Source: a virus (lineage: Duplodnaviria > Caudoviricetes). From it: a DNA stretch of 55,321 bases. The notes under the pieces were generated by a model, which was given only the letters and a program-made list of their open reading frames with translations, made no database searches and was not told where the DNA came from. The DNA lies in IMG/VR virus record IMGVR_UViG_3300042549_005307, positions 1 to 55,321 of that record. One strand, written 5' to 3'. Made by a program: the position numbers and the translations under genes. This document shows positions 9,476-19,823 of this stretch, piece after piece (the stretch's first letter is position 1; each line of letters starts with the position of its first letter).

Positions 9476-9517
9476 GATAATTAAAACTTTATTTGTATCT
9501 TTATACAATTAAAAAAA

Positions 9518-9547
9518 CGGGTAAGCCGAAAACCGAATAGAGTAGGC
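9518..9547 (+). ncRNA. Possible small 5'-UTR pseudoknot/structured element
   Basis: GC-rich CGGGTAAGCCGAAAACCGAATAGAGTAGGC between a promoter (-7 box at 9496) and the ATG at 9569. Confidence 0.35.
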
Positions 9548-9568
9548 AAAAAATAAATAAAATAAACA

Positions 9569-11260
9569 ATGTTTACAAAAATCATGCAAGAAACGAAAAA
9601 GGCAGTAGTTTCAAATGAATCAGAAATTAGTGGCTTAAAACGCAATGTAAAACGTGCTCTTATTAGAGCGGTTGAACCGCAAATTGCTAAAATGAAATCT
9701 ATGGAATCCGTAGGTTCTGCAGCAATGCAGCAAAATCAAGAATTAAGTAAGAACATATTAAAACTATGGTTTGAAATTCTTACAAATATTCCTAGAAATG
9801 TTAAAAAGGTATTGTTTCAAATCAAAAAGACCACCAATGGGTTTGATATAAAGGTCATTCAATATGGTGATGGTACTAATTTACAAACAATTAATAGTAA
9901 TCTTTTAGATGAAACTATTGTTAAGGGTGGAACATTTAAACCAAAGAAAGAAAACGATTCTAGTTCTATATATGGAACTGGCATTTACACACAATCACTT
10001 TATACATCAGCGTTGGTATATAAAGTAAAAACTTCCGAAATGGAAAAGTGGGAAGTTTGGAATGTTAAAACTGGCGAAACTTCTTTTGAAGAAATTAATG
10101 AACCAAAAAGTGGTGTTATTATTGAAATGAATATACCATATACCAAACAAATGGGTGATTATCGAAAGTTTATTGATGGTTTAAGGGATATATTAAGTAT
10201 ATATGATAATAGAAATGTAAGTGATGGTAGAAATTATATTCTAGAAGCATCTGGATTTCCTACGGAAACAATTGATAGAGAATTAAGTAGTCCAATCCAA
10301 TCAAAAGGAGTTAGTTGGGTAAGTAAAAAAGGAACACCACTACAAACTGCTGAATTTAATTGCTTAACATATGACCATAAAACAATAAAACAATTAGTTG
10401 TTAAAGTACCATTAGATGATACTGAAATATCAATTACATTGGATAATATTAAATTAGGTAAACGTAGTGGGAATATTGGTATAATGGAAGGAGATAGACC
10501 GTATTTAACAGTATATTATAAGGGTTCTAATCAGATTGCATTTATGATTCCATTAAGAGGGCATTCTGGTTCAACTTCTTTGAATAATGTTGTTTTGGAA
10601 TGTGATATTGATAAAGTTGAATTAAGACCATTTTTTGTTACGGTTGATAAGTTTGCTGGAGTTAATCCCATATTATCCAAAACACTTTCTGATATATTAA
10701 AACCATATCTTTTGGACACGTATCCAGATAACAAATTATTAGAACGTGCAATTCAATTGTGGATGTATGATGTAATTGTTAAAGATTTTGGAGGGCGTGC
10801 TGCTTGTAATCGTACAAGAACAAGTTGGGGTTTAGATTTTCTTAATGATATGTCAGAGGATGAAAGAAAAAAGCTTGTTTATATGGAATGGAACTCCGAT
10901 GATAAAAGACATGATTTTAAAATATATATGGTAAATAAGGGAGATAAAGTAACCTCCGATACTAAATGTATTATAATTGAATGTAAGCGAGATGATTTCA
11001 ATGAATCTGCTAGATTACAATCAATTGGATATGTAGTTACTACCAAAAACGTCTTTAAAATCATTGGTGTTTCGCGCGGTATTAAAACTAAAAACGTAAA
11101 TAGTTGGAATAAACTTATAACAAATATTAAAGGGAGTGGTCAATTATCATTTAATTTGGAAGATGCACTTATTGATGTTGCCGATGAAGGTTTTGATATT
11201 CAGTATGATAGATATACAACTAAAGCATTGGAGGAACACCAATTACATAATGTAAATTAA
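9569..11260 (+). CDS. Degenerate GHKL-ATPase-like domain fused to a C-terminal PD-(D/E)XK nuclease
   Basis: FEILTN (N box), QYGDG (G1, Asp lost), SIYGTG (G2); C-terminal RHDF..IIIECKR..QSIGY. Confidence 0.55.
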   Translation: MFTKIMQETKKAVVSNESEISGLKRNVKRALIRAVEPQIAKMKSMESVGSAAMQQNQELSKNILKLWFEILTNIPRNVKKVLFQIKKTTNGFDIKVIQYGDGTNLQTINSNLLDETIVKGGTFKPKKENDSSSIYGTGIYTQSLYTSALVYKVKTSEMEKWEVWNVKTGETSFEEINEPKSGVIIEMNIPYTKQMGDYRKFIDGLRDILSIYDNRNVSDGRNYILEASGFPTETIDRELSSPIQSKGVSWVSKKGTPLQTAEFNCLTYDHKTIKQLVVKVPLDDTEISITLDNIKLGKRSGNIGIMEGDRPYLTVYYKGSNQIAFMIPLRGHSGSTSLNNVVLECDIDKVELRPFFVTVDKFAGVNPILSKTLSDILKPYLLDTYPDNKLLERAIQLWMYDVIVKDFGGRAACNRTRTSWGLDFLNDMSEDERKKLVYMEWNSDDKRHDFKIYMVNKGDKVTSDTKCIIIECKRDDFNESARLQSIGYVVTTKNVFKIIGVSRGIKTKNVNSWNKLITNIKGSGQLSFNLEDALIDVADEGFDIQYDRYTTKALEEHQLHNVN

Positions 11261-11285
11261 AATAAATTTTATTAAAAATAATCAG

Positions 11286-11324
11286 AAAAAGATTTGGGAA
11301 ACCAAATCTTTTTTTGTATCTTTG
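11286..11324 (+). terminator. Hairpin terminator overlapping a TTTG-N20-TATCTTTG promoter
   Basis: AAAAAGATTTGG-gaaa-CCAAATCTTTTTTT; -7 box at 11317. Confidence 0.7.
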
Positions 11325-11340
11325 TTTGTACTTAAAGAAA

Positions 11341-12216
11341 ATGACTATGGCGCGTGTAAGTTACTCAAGATATTCTATGTGGACCACCTGCAAACAGCAG
11401 TATAAATTCAATTATATTGATAAGTTGGGTGTTTACTCCGGCAGTATTCACACAATATTTGGTACTGCATTCCACGAAACCTTACAACACTATTTGGATA
11501 TTTTCTATAACAAAACAAAGAAAGAGGCCAACGAAATCAACTTACCACAACTTCTCAAAGAAAGACTTGTAGATACTTTTAAGAAGGAGCACGAAGGATT
11601 TGAAGACGGAAAGTTTGTATGTACCAAAAAAGAATTAGAGGAGTTCTTTGATGACGGGGTTATTTGCCTCGAATATTTCAAAAAGCATAGTGATGATTTC
11701 TTCACAAAGAAAGGATGGGAATTAGTAGGTATTGAATTACCCCTAAATATCCAGCTAAAACCTAATGTAAGTATGTTAGGGTATTTAGACATAGTAATAC
11801 GCCACAAAGAGTTCAACCTATTAAAGATTATTGACTTCAAAACATCTACTCGTGGGTGGAGTAAAGAGCAGAAAGCAGATAAAACAAAACTAAACCAATT
11901 ATTATTATACAAACATTATTATTCAGAGCAATATAATCATCCGATAGATAGAATACAGGTAGAGTTCCAAATCATTAAACGAAAGATTAGTGAGAATACA
12001 GAATTTACCATTCCACGTATTTCTAAATTAATTCCTGCTAATGGTGGTCCATCGGTGGCTCGTGCAGTCAAAGATTTTATGAAGTTCGTAGATGAAGTAT
12101 TCAACGAAGATGGTACAGATAATTTAGATATGGATTACACACCAAATCCTGGTGATGGAAATAAGAACTGCAGGTTTTGCCCATTCGTAGATAGATGCCC
12201 TGCTCGCCAAAAATAA
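11341..12216 (+). CDS. RecB/Cas4-like PD-(D/E)XK exonuclease
   Basis: SYSRYSMWTTC, FGTAFHE, GYLDIV..IIDFKTS, QLLLY, CRFCPF..C; start moved to ATG 11341/11347. Confidence 0.85.
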   Translation: MTMARVSYSRYSMWTTCKQQYKFNYIDKLGVYSGSIHTIFGTAFHETLQHYLDIFYNKTKKEANEINLPQLLKERLVDTFKKEHEGFEDGKFVCTKKELEEFFDDGVICLEYFKKHSDDFFTKKGWELVGIELPLNIQLKPNVSMLGYLDIVIRHKEFNLLKIIDFKTSTRGWSKEQKADKTKLNQLLLYKHYYSEQYNHPIDRIQVEFQIIKRKISENTEFTIPRISKLIPANGGPSVARAVKDFMKFVDEVFNEDGTDNLDMDYTPNPGDGNKNCRFCPFVDRCPARQK

Positions 12217-12288
12217 TTAAAAAAAAGTATATATACTTATATACGGAAATTTATTTTTCGTATATTTATATATATAAAATAAATAATT

Positions 12289-12492
12289 ATGAAAAAACCA
12301 GAAACTAAACTGACTTCGGTAAAGATAATCTCTGATTTATATCAAACATTTAGGGTTGCATCGGTAAGTGAGCACGGAATAACTCTTCAAAAGTTGGTAA
12401 ATCGTAGTATAAATCTTTATCTGAATGATGAAAATTACAAAAACAATTTAAACAATTATAATAAACTACAAATTAGCGGTTCAGCATTTTAA
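12289..12492 (+). CDS. Small ribbon-helix-helix-like DNA-binding protein
   Basis: LTSVKI strand followed by two helices (TLQKLVNRSINLY). Confidence 0.5.
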   Translation: MKKPETKLTSVKIISDLYQTFRVASVSEHGITLQKLVNRSINLYLNDENYKNNLNNYNKLQISGSAF

Positions 12493-12498
12493 TAAGTT

Positions 12499-13890
12499 AT
12501 GGCAAAAAAGAAAATATTGTTACTATCAGATGACCTACGAATGGCAAGTGGTATTGCTAATATGTCAAAGCAATTCGTATTAGGTACATTAAAAGATTTC
12601 GATTGGGTACAAATTGGTGCAGCGGTAAAACATCCAGAAGAAGGTAAGATTATGGATTTATGTGATGATGTTCGTAAGAGAACGGGTATCGAAGATGCAT
12701 ATGTAAAAATCTATCCATCATCAGGCTATGGTACTGCTGATTCATTAAGGCAAATCATCAATATGGAAAACCCAGATGCAATCCTACACTTTACAGACCC
12801 GAGGTATTGGATTTGGTTATATCAAATTGAGCACGAAATCCGTCAAAACATCCCAATCCTATTCTATCACATTTGGGATGATTTACCAGACCCACAATAC
12901 AACAGAGATTATTTAGAGAGTTGTGATTGGGTTGGTACTATATCAAGACAAACCTATGGTATTACTCGTAGAGTATGGGGTATGGATACTAAATCACGTT
13001 GGAAGCAACCTGCGGATTGGCAAGTAAAGTATGTACCACATGGTATCAACGGAACTGATTACAAACCAACACAAATTGATGACACATTCTACAAAGAGGT
13101 ATTGGGTGATAAGAAATATGATTTTATAGCATATTGGAATAACCGAAATATTCGTAGAAAGCAGGCAATTGATGTGATTGTTTCATTCAGAGATTTCGTA
13201 AATAACCTACCAGAAGAAGAGCGTGATAAATGTGCTCTATTGATGCACACACAAAAAGTAGATGAGAATGGTACAGATTTACCAAAGGTAGTAGCAGATT
13301 TGTGTGATGGGATAAATGTGATATTCGATGATAGAAAGTGGAATGAGCAACAACTAAACCAACTATACAATATAGCAGATGTTACTTTAAACATTTCATC
13401 AGCAGAAGGATTTGGATTGGCTAGTGCAGAAAGTATTGTAGCAGGAACACCTGTTATTGTAAATGTAACTGGTGGATTACAAGACCAATGTGGTTTCCGT
13501 TGGAAAGATAGTGGAGTAGCATTAAACGAAGAAGATTATGTAGAGATTGGTTCTTTGCACGATTGGAGAAAGTTTGAAGATAAGGTAACTTGGGGAGATT
13601 GGGTTATTCCAATATGGAGTCGCTCTCGTTCTTACACCGGTTCACCACCAACACCATATATTATGGAAGACCACGTGGATAATTATGAGGTATCATCTGC
13701 ACTACGTGAGTTATATAATAGGACTCATGCAGAGAGAAAGGCAATGGGATTGAGAGGTAGAGAGTGGGCTTTAGGTGAAGGTGGGTTATCATTAGAAAAT
13801 ATGTGTAAAACTATGACAGATGGTATCAACGATGCATTAGAAAACTTTACACCTCGCAAGAAGTACGAATTATTTACATTAGACAAATAA
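12499..13890 (+). CDS. Glycosyltransferase, GT-B fold (GT4-like)
   Basis: VPHGI, NRNIRRK, EGFGLASAESIVAGTPVI. Confidence 0.9.
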   Translation: MAKKKILLLSDDLRMASGIANMSKQFVLGTLKDFDWVQIGAAVKHPEEGKIMDLCDDVRKRTGIEDAYVKIYPSSGYGTADSLRQIINMENPDAILHFTDPRYWIWLYQIEHEIRQNIPILFYHIWDDLPDPQYNRDYLESCDWVGTISRQTYGITRRVWGMDTKSRWKQPADWQVKYVPHGINGTDYKPTQIDDTFYKEVLGDKKYDFIAYWNNRNIRRKQAIDVIVSFRDFVNNLPEEERDKCALLMHTQKVDENGTDLPKVVADLCDGINVIFDDRKWNEQQLNQLYNIADVTLNISSAEGFGLASAESIVAGTPVIVNVTGGLQDQCGFRWKDSGVALNEEDYVEIGSLHDWRKFEDKVTWGDWVIPIWSRSRSYTGSPPTPYIMEDHVDNYEVSSALRELYNRTHAERKAMGLRGREWALGEGGLSLENMCKTMTDGINDALENFTPRKKYELFTLDK

Positions 13891-13893
13891 GTT

Positions 13894-15159
13894 ATGGCAG
13901 ATATTAAAAAACCTTTATTATTATTTCAAGCACCAGTTAGTACAAGAAGTGGTTATGGTGACCACGCACGAGATTTGGTTCGTTCCCTAATTAAATTGGA
14001 TAAATACGATGTTCGTATCATTTCAACTCGTTGGGGAGTAACACCTATGACGGCATTAACTGCAAACGATGAAGATATTATACAACGAATTGTTGTTGGT
14101 GTAGATAGAAAGCCAGATGTTTACATACAAGTTACAGTCCCAAATGAATTTCAACCTATGGGTAATTACAACATTGGTATTACTGCTGGGATTGAAACAA
14201 CTGCTTGTTCGGTTGATTTTATACAAGGATGTAATCGTATGGATATGATTATAGTTCCATCGGAGTTTTCAAAAGAGGTGTTAGTTAAAACTATATACAG
14301 CGAAACCGATAAGAATACAAAGCAGGTAATCAAACAACATAAATTAGATAAACCAATTGAGGTTTTATTTGAAGGATACAATGAAGAGTTCTTTGGAAAA
14401 AAGCCAGAAACAAAATTTGTAGAATTGGATAAGATTAAAGAAGATTTTGCTTATCTATTTGTAGGACATTGGTTGAGAGGTGATTTAGGGCACGATAGAA
14501 AAGATGTAGGTATGATGATTAAATCATTCTGTCACGCGTTTAGAGGGCAAAAGAACCCACCTGCACTTATCTTAAAAACATCTTCGGCAGGTTTTTCTGT
14601 AATGGATAGGGAAGCAACTATGGGTAAATTAGAAGAGGTTACGGAAGAGTTTGGTAAAAACACTCCACCAATCTATTTACTGCATGGTGAGTTGAGTGAT
14701 GAAGAAATGAATGCGATGTACCACCACCCAAAGGTAAAAGCTATGGTTTCGTTTACACATGGGGAAGGATTTGGTAGACCTCTATTAGAGTTCAGCTTAA
14801 CAGGTAAGCCAGTTATAGCATCTGGATGGAGTGGGCATTTGGATTTCTTAAAAAGTGGTGCAGTATTATTGGATGGTGAGTTAAAAGATATACACCCATC
14901 TGCACAAGACCAATTCATTTTAGAAGGAACAAAGTGGTTTTATGTAAATTATACTGGAGCAATTAAAACATTAACTGATATTTATAAGGGATACGATAAG
15001 TATAAAATTGCATCACAACAATTAGGAAAACAAAATCAACAAAACTTTGGTTTGGAAAAAATGACTAAATTGTTTGATACTATTTTAACAAATTATGTTC
15101 CAACAATAAAGCAATTTATTCCATTAAACTTACCAAAGCTAACAAAGGTAGATGAATAA
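13894..15159 (+). CDS. Glycosyltransferase, GT-B fold (GT4-like)
   Basis: SGYGDH, RKD, GEGFGRPLLEFSLTGKPVIASGWSGHLDFL. Confidence 0.9.
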   Translation: MADIKKPLLLFQAPVSTRSGYGDHARDLVRSLIKLDKYDVRIISTRWGVTPMTALTANDEDIIQRIVVGVDRKPDVYIQVTVPNEFQPMGNYNIGITAGIETTACSVDFIQGCNRMDMIIVPSEFSKEVLVKTIYSETDKNTKQVIKQHKLDKPIEVLFEGYNEEFFGKKPETKFVELDKIKEDFAYLFVGHWLRGDLGHDRKDVGMMIKSFCHAFRGQKNPPALILKTSSAGFSVMDREATMGKLEEVTEEFGKNTPPIYLLHGELSDEEMNAMYHHPKVKAMVSFTHGEGFGRPLLEFSLTGKPVIASGWSGHLDFLKSGAVLLDGELKDIHPSAQDQFILEGTKWFYVNYTGAIKTLTDIYKGYDKYKIASQQLGKQNQQNFGLEKMTKLFDTILTNYVPTIKQFIPLNLPKLTKVDE

Positions 15160-15691
15160 CCTATATTATTATATTCCATATTTCTATGTAGAGAAACCAA
15201 CAACTAAATCACAGATTAAGAATGGTGCTTTTTATAGATTATATGGATATGATTATGTAAATGGTTCATCTAAAACATATGGTCCATCACAGACTCCACT
15301 CTTATTGACATTGGGATTTAACAGAGGCGATAAATTATTACATTGTATTAAGTTAAACCCTTTGCCATTAAGAGTGTATAGTCAACTAATGAAGAAGATA
15401 CAAGACCCGTTATATGTGGTGGCATTGTTAAAGGATATACAAAATACCAATACACTTATTAGTGAAAATTTGGAATATGACCAGGGAGCAAAACCAATTA
15501 TAATAGATAGAACAGGTAAATCTTTTTATCAAAAACAAGTTAAAACCAATCCACTACTTAAACCATATGATTGTTATAGAACATATAAAATACCGGGATT
15601 AAAAAGAGTAACGGAGGTATATTTTAATGTGGAAAAATTAGGTAAAAAAATAGGGTTAGAATTAGTACCAATAAGTTACAATAAAAAATAG
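15152..15691 (+). CDS. Hypothetical protein, weak resemblance to T4 gp2 DNA end protector
   Basis: Pattern FYRLYGY..PL..L.CIKLNPLP..CYRTY. Confidence 0.3.
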   Translation: MNNLYYYIPYFYVEKPTTKSQIKNGAFYRLYGYDYVNGSSKTYGPSQTPLLLTLGFNRGDKLLHCIKLNPLPLRVYSQLMKKIQDPLYVVALLKDIQNTNTLISENLEYDQGAKPIIIDRTGKSFYQKQVKTNPLLKPYDCYRTYKIPGLKRVTEVYFNVEKLGKKIGLELVPISYNKK

Positions 15692-15694
15692 ATT

Positions 15695-16321
15695 ATGCAA
15701 ATTAGTTATGGTGTGACCGTATCCAACGAAATAGTTGAGATACAAAATCTTATAGAACGATTATCTACCAATAAAAGAGTAGAGGATGAGATTGTAATTC
15801 AGTTTGACTCATCAACCGCAACAATTCCCGTTGTAGAATATCTAAACGAATGTGTGATTAATGCTAAAATACAAAAGTTAGTATCATTTCCATTAAACGG
15901 AGATTTCGGACAGTTTAAACAACACCTAAATCAAAATTGTAGTGGAGATTGGATTTTCCAATTAGATGCAGATGAAGATTTAGAGGCAACACTTATTCAA
16001 AACTTACATACTATATTAGAGGAAAATCCAGAAATAGATATGTTTTGGCTACCACGTATCAACATTGTAAATGGTGTAACGCCTGATGATATACAAAAGT
16101 GGGGATGGAATATAAGTGAGCAAGGTTGGATAAATTATCCAGATGTGCAAGGTAGATTATACCGAAACAAACAAGGTATTTATTGGGCAGGTAAAGTACA
16201 TGAGAAGATACAAGGATACGAAAGTTATTCCATATTCCCACCAGAAGAATTATATTCAATCAAACACATCAAAGATATAGATAGACAAAGAAAACAAAAC
16301 GATTTCTATGAGCAACTATAA
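15695..16321 (+). CDS. Glycosyltransferase family 2
   Basis: DWIFQLDADE, YPDVQGRLY, GKVHE. Confidence 0.9.
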   Translation: MQISYGVTVSNEIVEIQNLIERLSTNKRVEDEIVIQFDSSTATIPVVEYLNECVINAKIQKLVSFPLNGDFGQFKQHLNQNCSGDWIFQLDADEDLEATLIQNLHTILEENPEIDMFWLPRINIVNGVTPDDIQKWGWNISEQGWINYPDVQGRLYRNKQGIYWAGKVHEKIQGYESYSIFPPEELYSIKHIKDIDRQRKQNDFYEQL

Positions 16322-16955
16322 AGAGGTTTCAGTTGTAGTTACATCTTGTAACAGACCAGATTTATTAGAGAAAACTTTGGATAGTTTCAATGATTTTAAC
16401 ACACATCCAATCAAAAAGTTTATAGTGATTGATGATAGTGGTGTAGTTGGTTGTAATAATGACTTGATTAAAAAGTATCCATTCATTAAGTTTATAGATA
16501 ATCCCAAAAACATAGGACAAGTTCGTAGTATAGATAAAGCATACGCTATGATTACAACTCCATATGTATTCCATATGGAAGAAGATTGGGAGTTCTACAA
16601 AGAAGGATTTATTGAGGCTTGTTTGGATGTAATTGATTTGGATGAAAAGATTATATGTGTATGGACAAGAGACCCCAACGATACACCACACCCATCCATA
16701 GACCCAACCTATGCTGTAAATGGCAGGGGAGTTCGTAGATTGATTTGGGGATTTGATGGTCATTGGCATGGATTTACATTCAACCCATCAATGCGAAAGA
16801 TGATAGATTATCCAAAGGATGGATATGCACCGATTGGTAGAGAATTAGAAATAAGTAAATACTATTACGAAAGAGAATACTTTGCTATGATATTCAGAGA
16901 AGGATATTGTAAGCACATAGGTTGGGATAGACACGTGGTAGACGTAGGAGAATAA
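16308..16955 (+). CDS. Glycosyltransferase family 2
   Basis: TSCNRPDLL, IDDSG, FHMEEDW, FTFNP, HIG. Confidence 0.85.
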   Translation: MSNYKEVSVVVTSCNRPDLLEKTLDSFNDFNTHPIKKFIVIDDSGVVGCNNDLIKKYPFIKFIDNPKNIGQVRSIDKAYAMITTPYVFHMEEDWEFYKEGFIEACLDVIDLDEKIICVWTRDPNDTPHPSIDPTYAVNGRGVRRLIWGFDGHWHGFTFNPSMRKMIDYPKDGYAPIGRELEISKYYYEREYFAMIFREGYCKHIGWDRHVVDVGE

Positions 16956-18169
16956 TGGAAACAATAGAAATAATACCAGATTTTACATTTTGTATCACCA
17001 GTAAGAATAACTTACGATACTTAAAACACGCAGTTCAATATATTAGAGAGAACTGCTATAACAAAGACCATAAGATATTAGTATTCATAGATGCCGATAA
17101 TGATGGTACGGAAGATTGGTGTAAGGAGAATGGTATAGAGTACCATAAGAACCCACACACCGAATTGTATGGTATTGGTAATGCATACAACTTATTGGTT
17201 GAGAAGGCAACTACGGAGTTCGTAGTGATATACCACGCAGATATGTTAGCTGGTAAAGATATGGATTTAAACCTATATAAGAATTGGCAGAAAGGTATTG
17301 TAGTATCAGCTACCCGAATTGAACCACCATTACACCCATCAGACCCAGCAAAGATAGTTGAGAACTTTGGATTGTGGCCAGAGGAAGATGTAAAGGATGG
17401 GTTTATGAAAGAAAGGTTTAATGATTTTGTAGAACACAATTTAGATAATGATAGAACAACCAAAGGTGTATTCGCACCCTGGCTCATCCATAGAGAAGAT
17501 TTCTTATCCGTAGGTGGGCATGACCCAATTATGAAATCACATAGTGAAGATAGAGATTTGTTTAATCGTTTTTTACTAAATGGTTATGATTTCATCCAAC
17601 CTTGGAATGCATTGGTTTATCATTTAACTTGTAGAGGTGGACAATTTGAACACGCAACTCAAACGGATGATTTGGCAAAGAAGAGTGACGATTGGAATAA
17701 TTTAGCATTTAGACAGACAAGAGAGTTTATCCGTAAATGGGGAACAACACCACTATATGATGAATATCAGTACCCAACAATAATACCAAAATATGATATT
17801 GCGTTGGTGTTGGAAAATGCTAGAGAGGATGTGGTTGGTTATTTAGAACCTTATTTTTCAAATATCTATTGTGATACTGAAATAGCAGTTGATTATTTAG
17901 CAAGTGAATTAAAACTTACAGATATTGATATAACCCAAAAGTTTAAACCATTGGATAGTGTCACATATAATGATATAGTGGTTAAGTGTAATTGTGATGA
18001 TTTATTGGCAAATCAAGAGAGGTTTAAGTTCATAACAATGATGCCAATGGTGATGCAAGATAATAATTCAGTTGGGAAATTCAAATACGATGTCTTTGAT
18101 ATATCGGTAAATAAACTAATAGAGTATCAAAATTCATTGGTTAATGTTAAAACTATATATTTATATTAG
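16955..18169 (+). CDS. Glycosyltransferase family 2 with C-terminal extension
   Basis: DADNDGT, YHADM, GGHD, EDRDLFNR, VYH. Confidence 0.88.
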   Translation: METIEIIPDFTFCITSKNNLRYLKHAVQYIRENCYNKDHKILVFIDADNDGTEDWCKENGIEYHKNPHTELYGIGNAYNLLVEKATTEFVVIYHADMLAGKDMDLNLYKNWQKGIVVSATRIEPPLHPSDPAKIVENFGLWPEEDVKDGFMKERFNDFVEHNLDNDRTTKGVFAPWLIHREDFLSVGGHDPIMKSHSEDRDLFNRFLLNGYDFIQPWNALVYHLTCRGGQFEHATQTDDLAKKSDDWNNLAFRQTREFIRKWGTTPLYDEYQYPTIIPKYDIALVLENAREDVVGYLEPYFSNIYCDTEIAVDYLASELKLTDIDITQKFKPLDSVTYNDIVVKCNCDDLLANQERFKFITMMPMVMQDNNSVGKFKYDVFDISVNKLIEYQNSLVNVKTIYLY

Positions 18170-18190
18170 TAAAACTATATATTAAAAGAT

Positions 18191-19441
18191 ATGCCTGCAC
18201 AGTCAAAAGCACAACAAAGATTTATGGGAATGGTCCACGCTACCCAAAAAGGTGATATGGAAAACCCATCAGACGAAGTAGAAAAAGCAGCTGATTCAAT
18301 GACTGATAAAGCAGCGAAGGATTTCGCATCTACAAAACACAAAGGATTACCTGCACACGTTAAGAAGGAAAACAAAATAGATTTGGAAGATGAAGATTTA
18401 CCATCTGCAGTAGTACCGGGTGTTAGTGTTGAAAATACTATGAAAACATACGATGCAAGTTGTGGTTGTTTTAGAACTGAATCAATAAACGAACTAACTA
18501 ATAACGAAAAGCAAATTAAAACCGGAAATCCTAATAATGTATTTTATGCATTTTATAAAGGGCAATTTGAAGCAGTTTATTGGGCAATGAATCCTAGTTC
18601 TTTAAGTGATATATATTGGGATAAATTCAAAGTAAGAAGACCAGCTGGTTCTAAATTCAAATTAAATCCAGAATTTATAATTGTCCCTAAAAAAGATTAT
18701 GATAAAAATCCAAATCACTACGCAAAATTAAAACCATATGTAGATAAGTTTTGGGATAAATTACAAAACGAATCAGCAGATGTAAATCAAAATGCAGTAA
18801 TGGCATCTATCGAAGATTTACCAAACAATAGAACTCAAAAGAATTTCCCACTACCAACTAACAGAGTCCTTTGGAACGCAACTGGTAAGGTATGTGAAGG
18901 AAGACCTGTTGTTGAACGCATCAAAATGTATGAGAAGAAAGGTGGTGGATGGAGAGAAGGTGTAAAGGGTGATGAGCAAGTATTCAATTCACTTAAAGAA
19001 TTATACTACGAAAGACAATCGGTTAAAGAAATCAAAGAAAGTGTTAGAGCTATTTTAAAAAAAAAAGTTCAAACCGAATCTAAACTAAATGAAGGTATAT
19101 CGGATATTGTAATGAATGGATTACAAATGATTGGTGTGATAGGTGTTGGTTTCTTTTTAAGATTTTTAATTAGATATATGATTGGTGAGTTCTTAAAATC
19201 AACAAAGGATACAACAATGAATGGTATAAAGAGTATCATTCAGGGTGTTAAAAATGCTTGGAGTTCATTAAAGAATATGAGTAGAATAAATCAATTAGAA
19301 AAAGAGTTAGAAAGTGATGCGGATATTAAACACGCAGTATCCCATCCAAGAACAGTAGATTTTGCAAAGGTTTTAAAACAAAAGTTAGATAAAAAAGATT
19401 ACGATTTAATAAGCAAGATAACTAGAAACAATTTTAGATAA
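18191..19441 (+). CDS. Modular protein with N-terminal DUF3008-like domain, putative virion-internal
   Basis: MPAQSKAQQRFMGMVHA...KDFASTKHKGLP; modules separated by ESINE, LQNES, KLNEG. Confidence 0.65.
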   Translation: MPAQSKAQQRFMGMVHATQKGDMENPSDEVEKAADSMTDKAAKDFASTKHKGLPAHVKKENKIDLEDEDLPSAVVPGVSVENTMKTYDASCGCFRTESINELTNNEKQIKTGNPNNVFYAFYKGQFEAVYWAMNPSSLSDIYWDKFKVRRPAGSKFKLNPEFIIVPKKDYDKNPNHYAKLKPYVDKFWDKLQNESADVNQNAVMASIEDLPNNRTQKNFPLPTNRVLWNATGKVCEGRPVVERIKMYEKKGGGWREGVKGDEQVFNSLKELYYERQSVKEIKESVRAILKKKVQTESKLNEGISDIVMNGLQMIGVIGVGFFLRFLIRYMIGEFLKSTKDTTMNGIKSIIQGVKNAWSSLKNMSRINQLEKELESDADIKHAVSHPRTVDFAKVLKQKLDKKDYDLISKITRNNFR

Positions 19442-19818
19442 TGGAAAATAAAGATTTACAACAATATATAGCAGATACACAACACTTTTCAAATGCATTG
19501 AAGTTTTTTCATTGGCAAACTAAAATCTATGCAAAGCACGTTGCATTAGGTGAAGCATTTGATGCTATAACGGAATTGGTTGATGACTTTACTGAAACGG
19601 CTATGGGTAAGTATGGTAGAGTTGATGTAGCTGGTTTATCTTATGATTTTGTAAATATCAGCGATGCTAATGTAATAACTGCAATTGATGATATGATTGA
19701 AAAAGCAATCAATCTTACAGATGTATTAGATGCAAGAAAGGATACAGACTTATTAAACTTACGCGATGAGTTGATGGGCAAATGTAATAAAACAAAATAC
19801 TTACTAACATTAAAATAA
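19441..19818 (+). CDS. Ferritin/Dps-like four-helix protein (DUF5856-like)
   Basis: HWQTKIYAKHVALGEAFD..DDFTETAMGKYGR..KYLLTLK. Confidence 0.7.
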   Translation: MENKDLQQYIADTQHFSNALKFFHWQTKIYAKHVALGEAFDAITELVDDFTETAMGKYGRVDVAGLSYDFVNISDANVITAIDDMIEKAINLTDVLDARKDTDLLNLRDELMGKCNKTKYLLTLK

Positions 19819-19823
19819 ACTAA

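Noticed and set aside
11341-12216. Cas4-like gene suggesting CRISPR-Cas
   Set aside because: No repeat-spacer array or other cas genes seen; solo RecB/Cas4-like nucleases are common in phages
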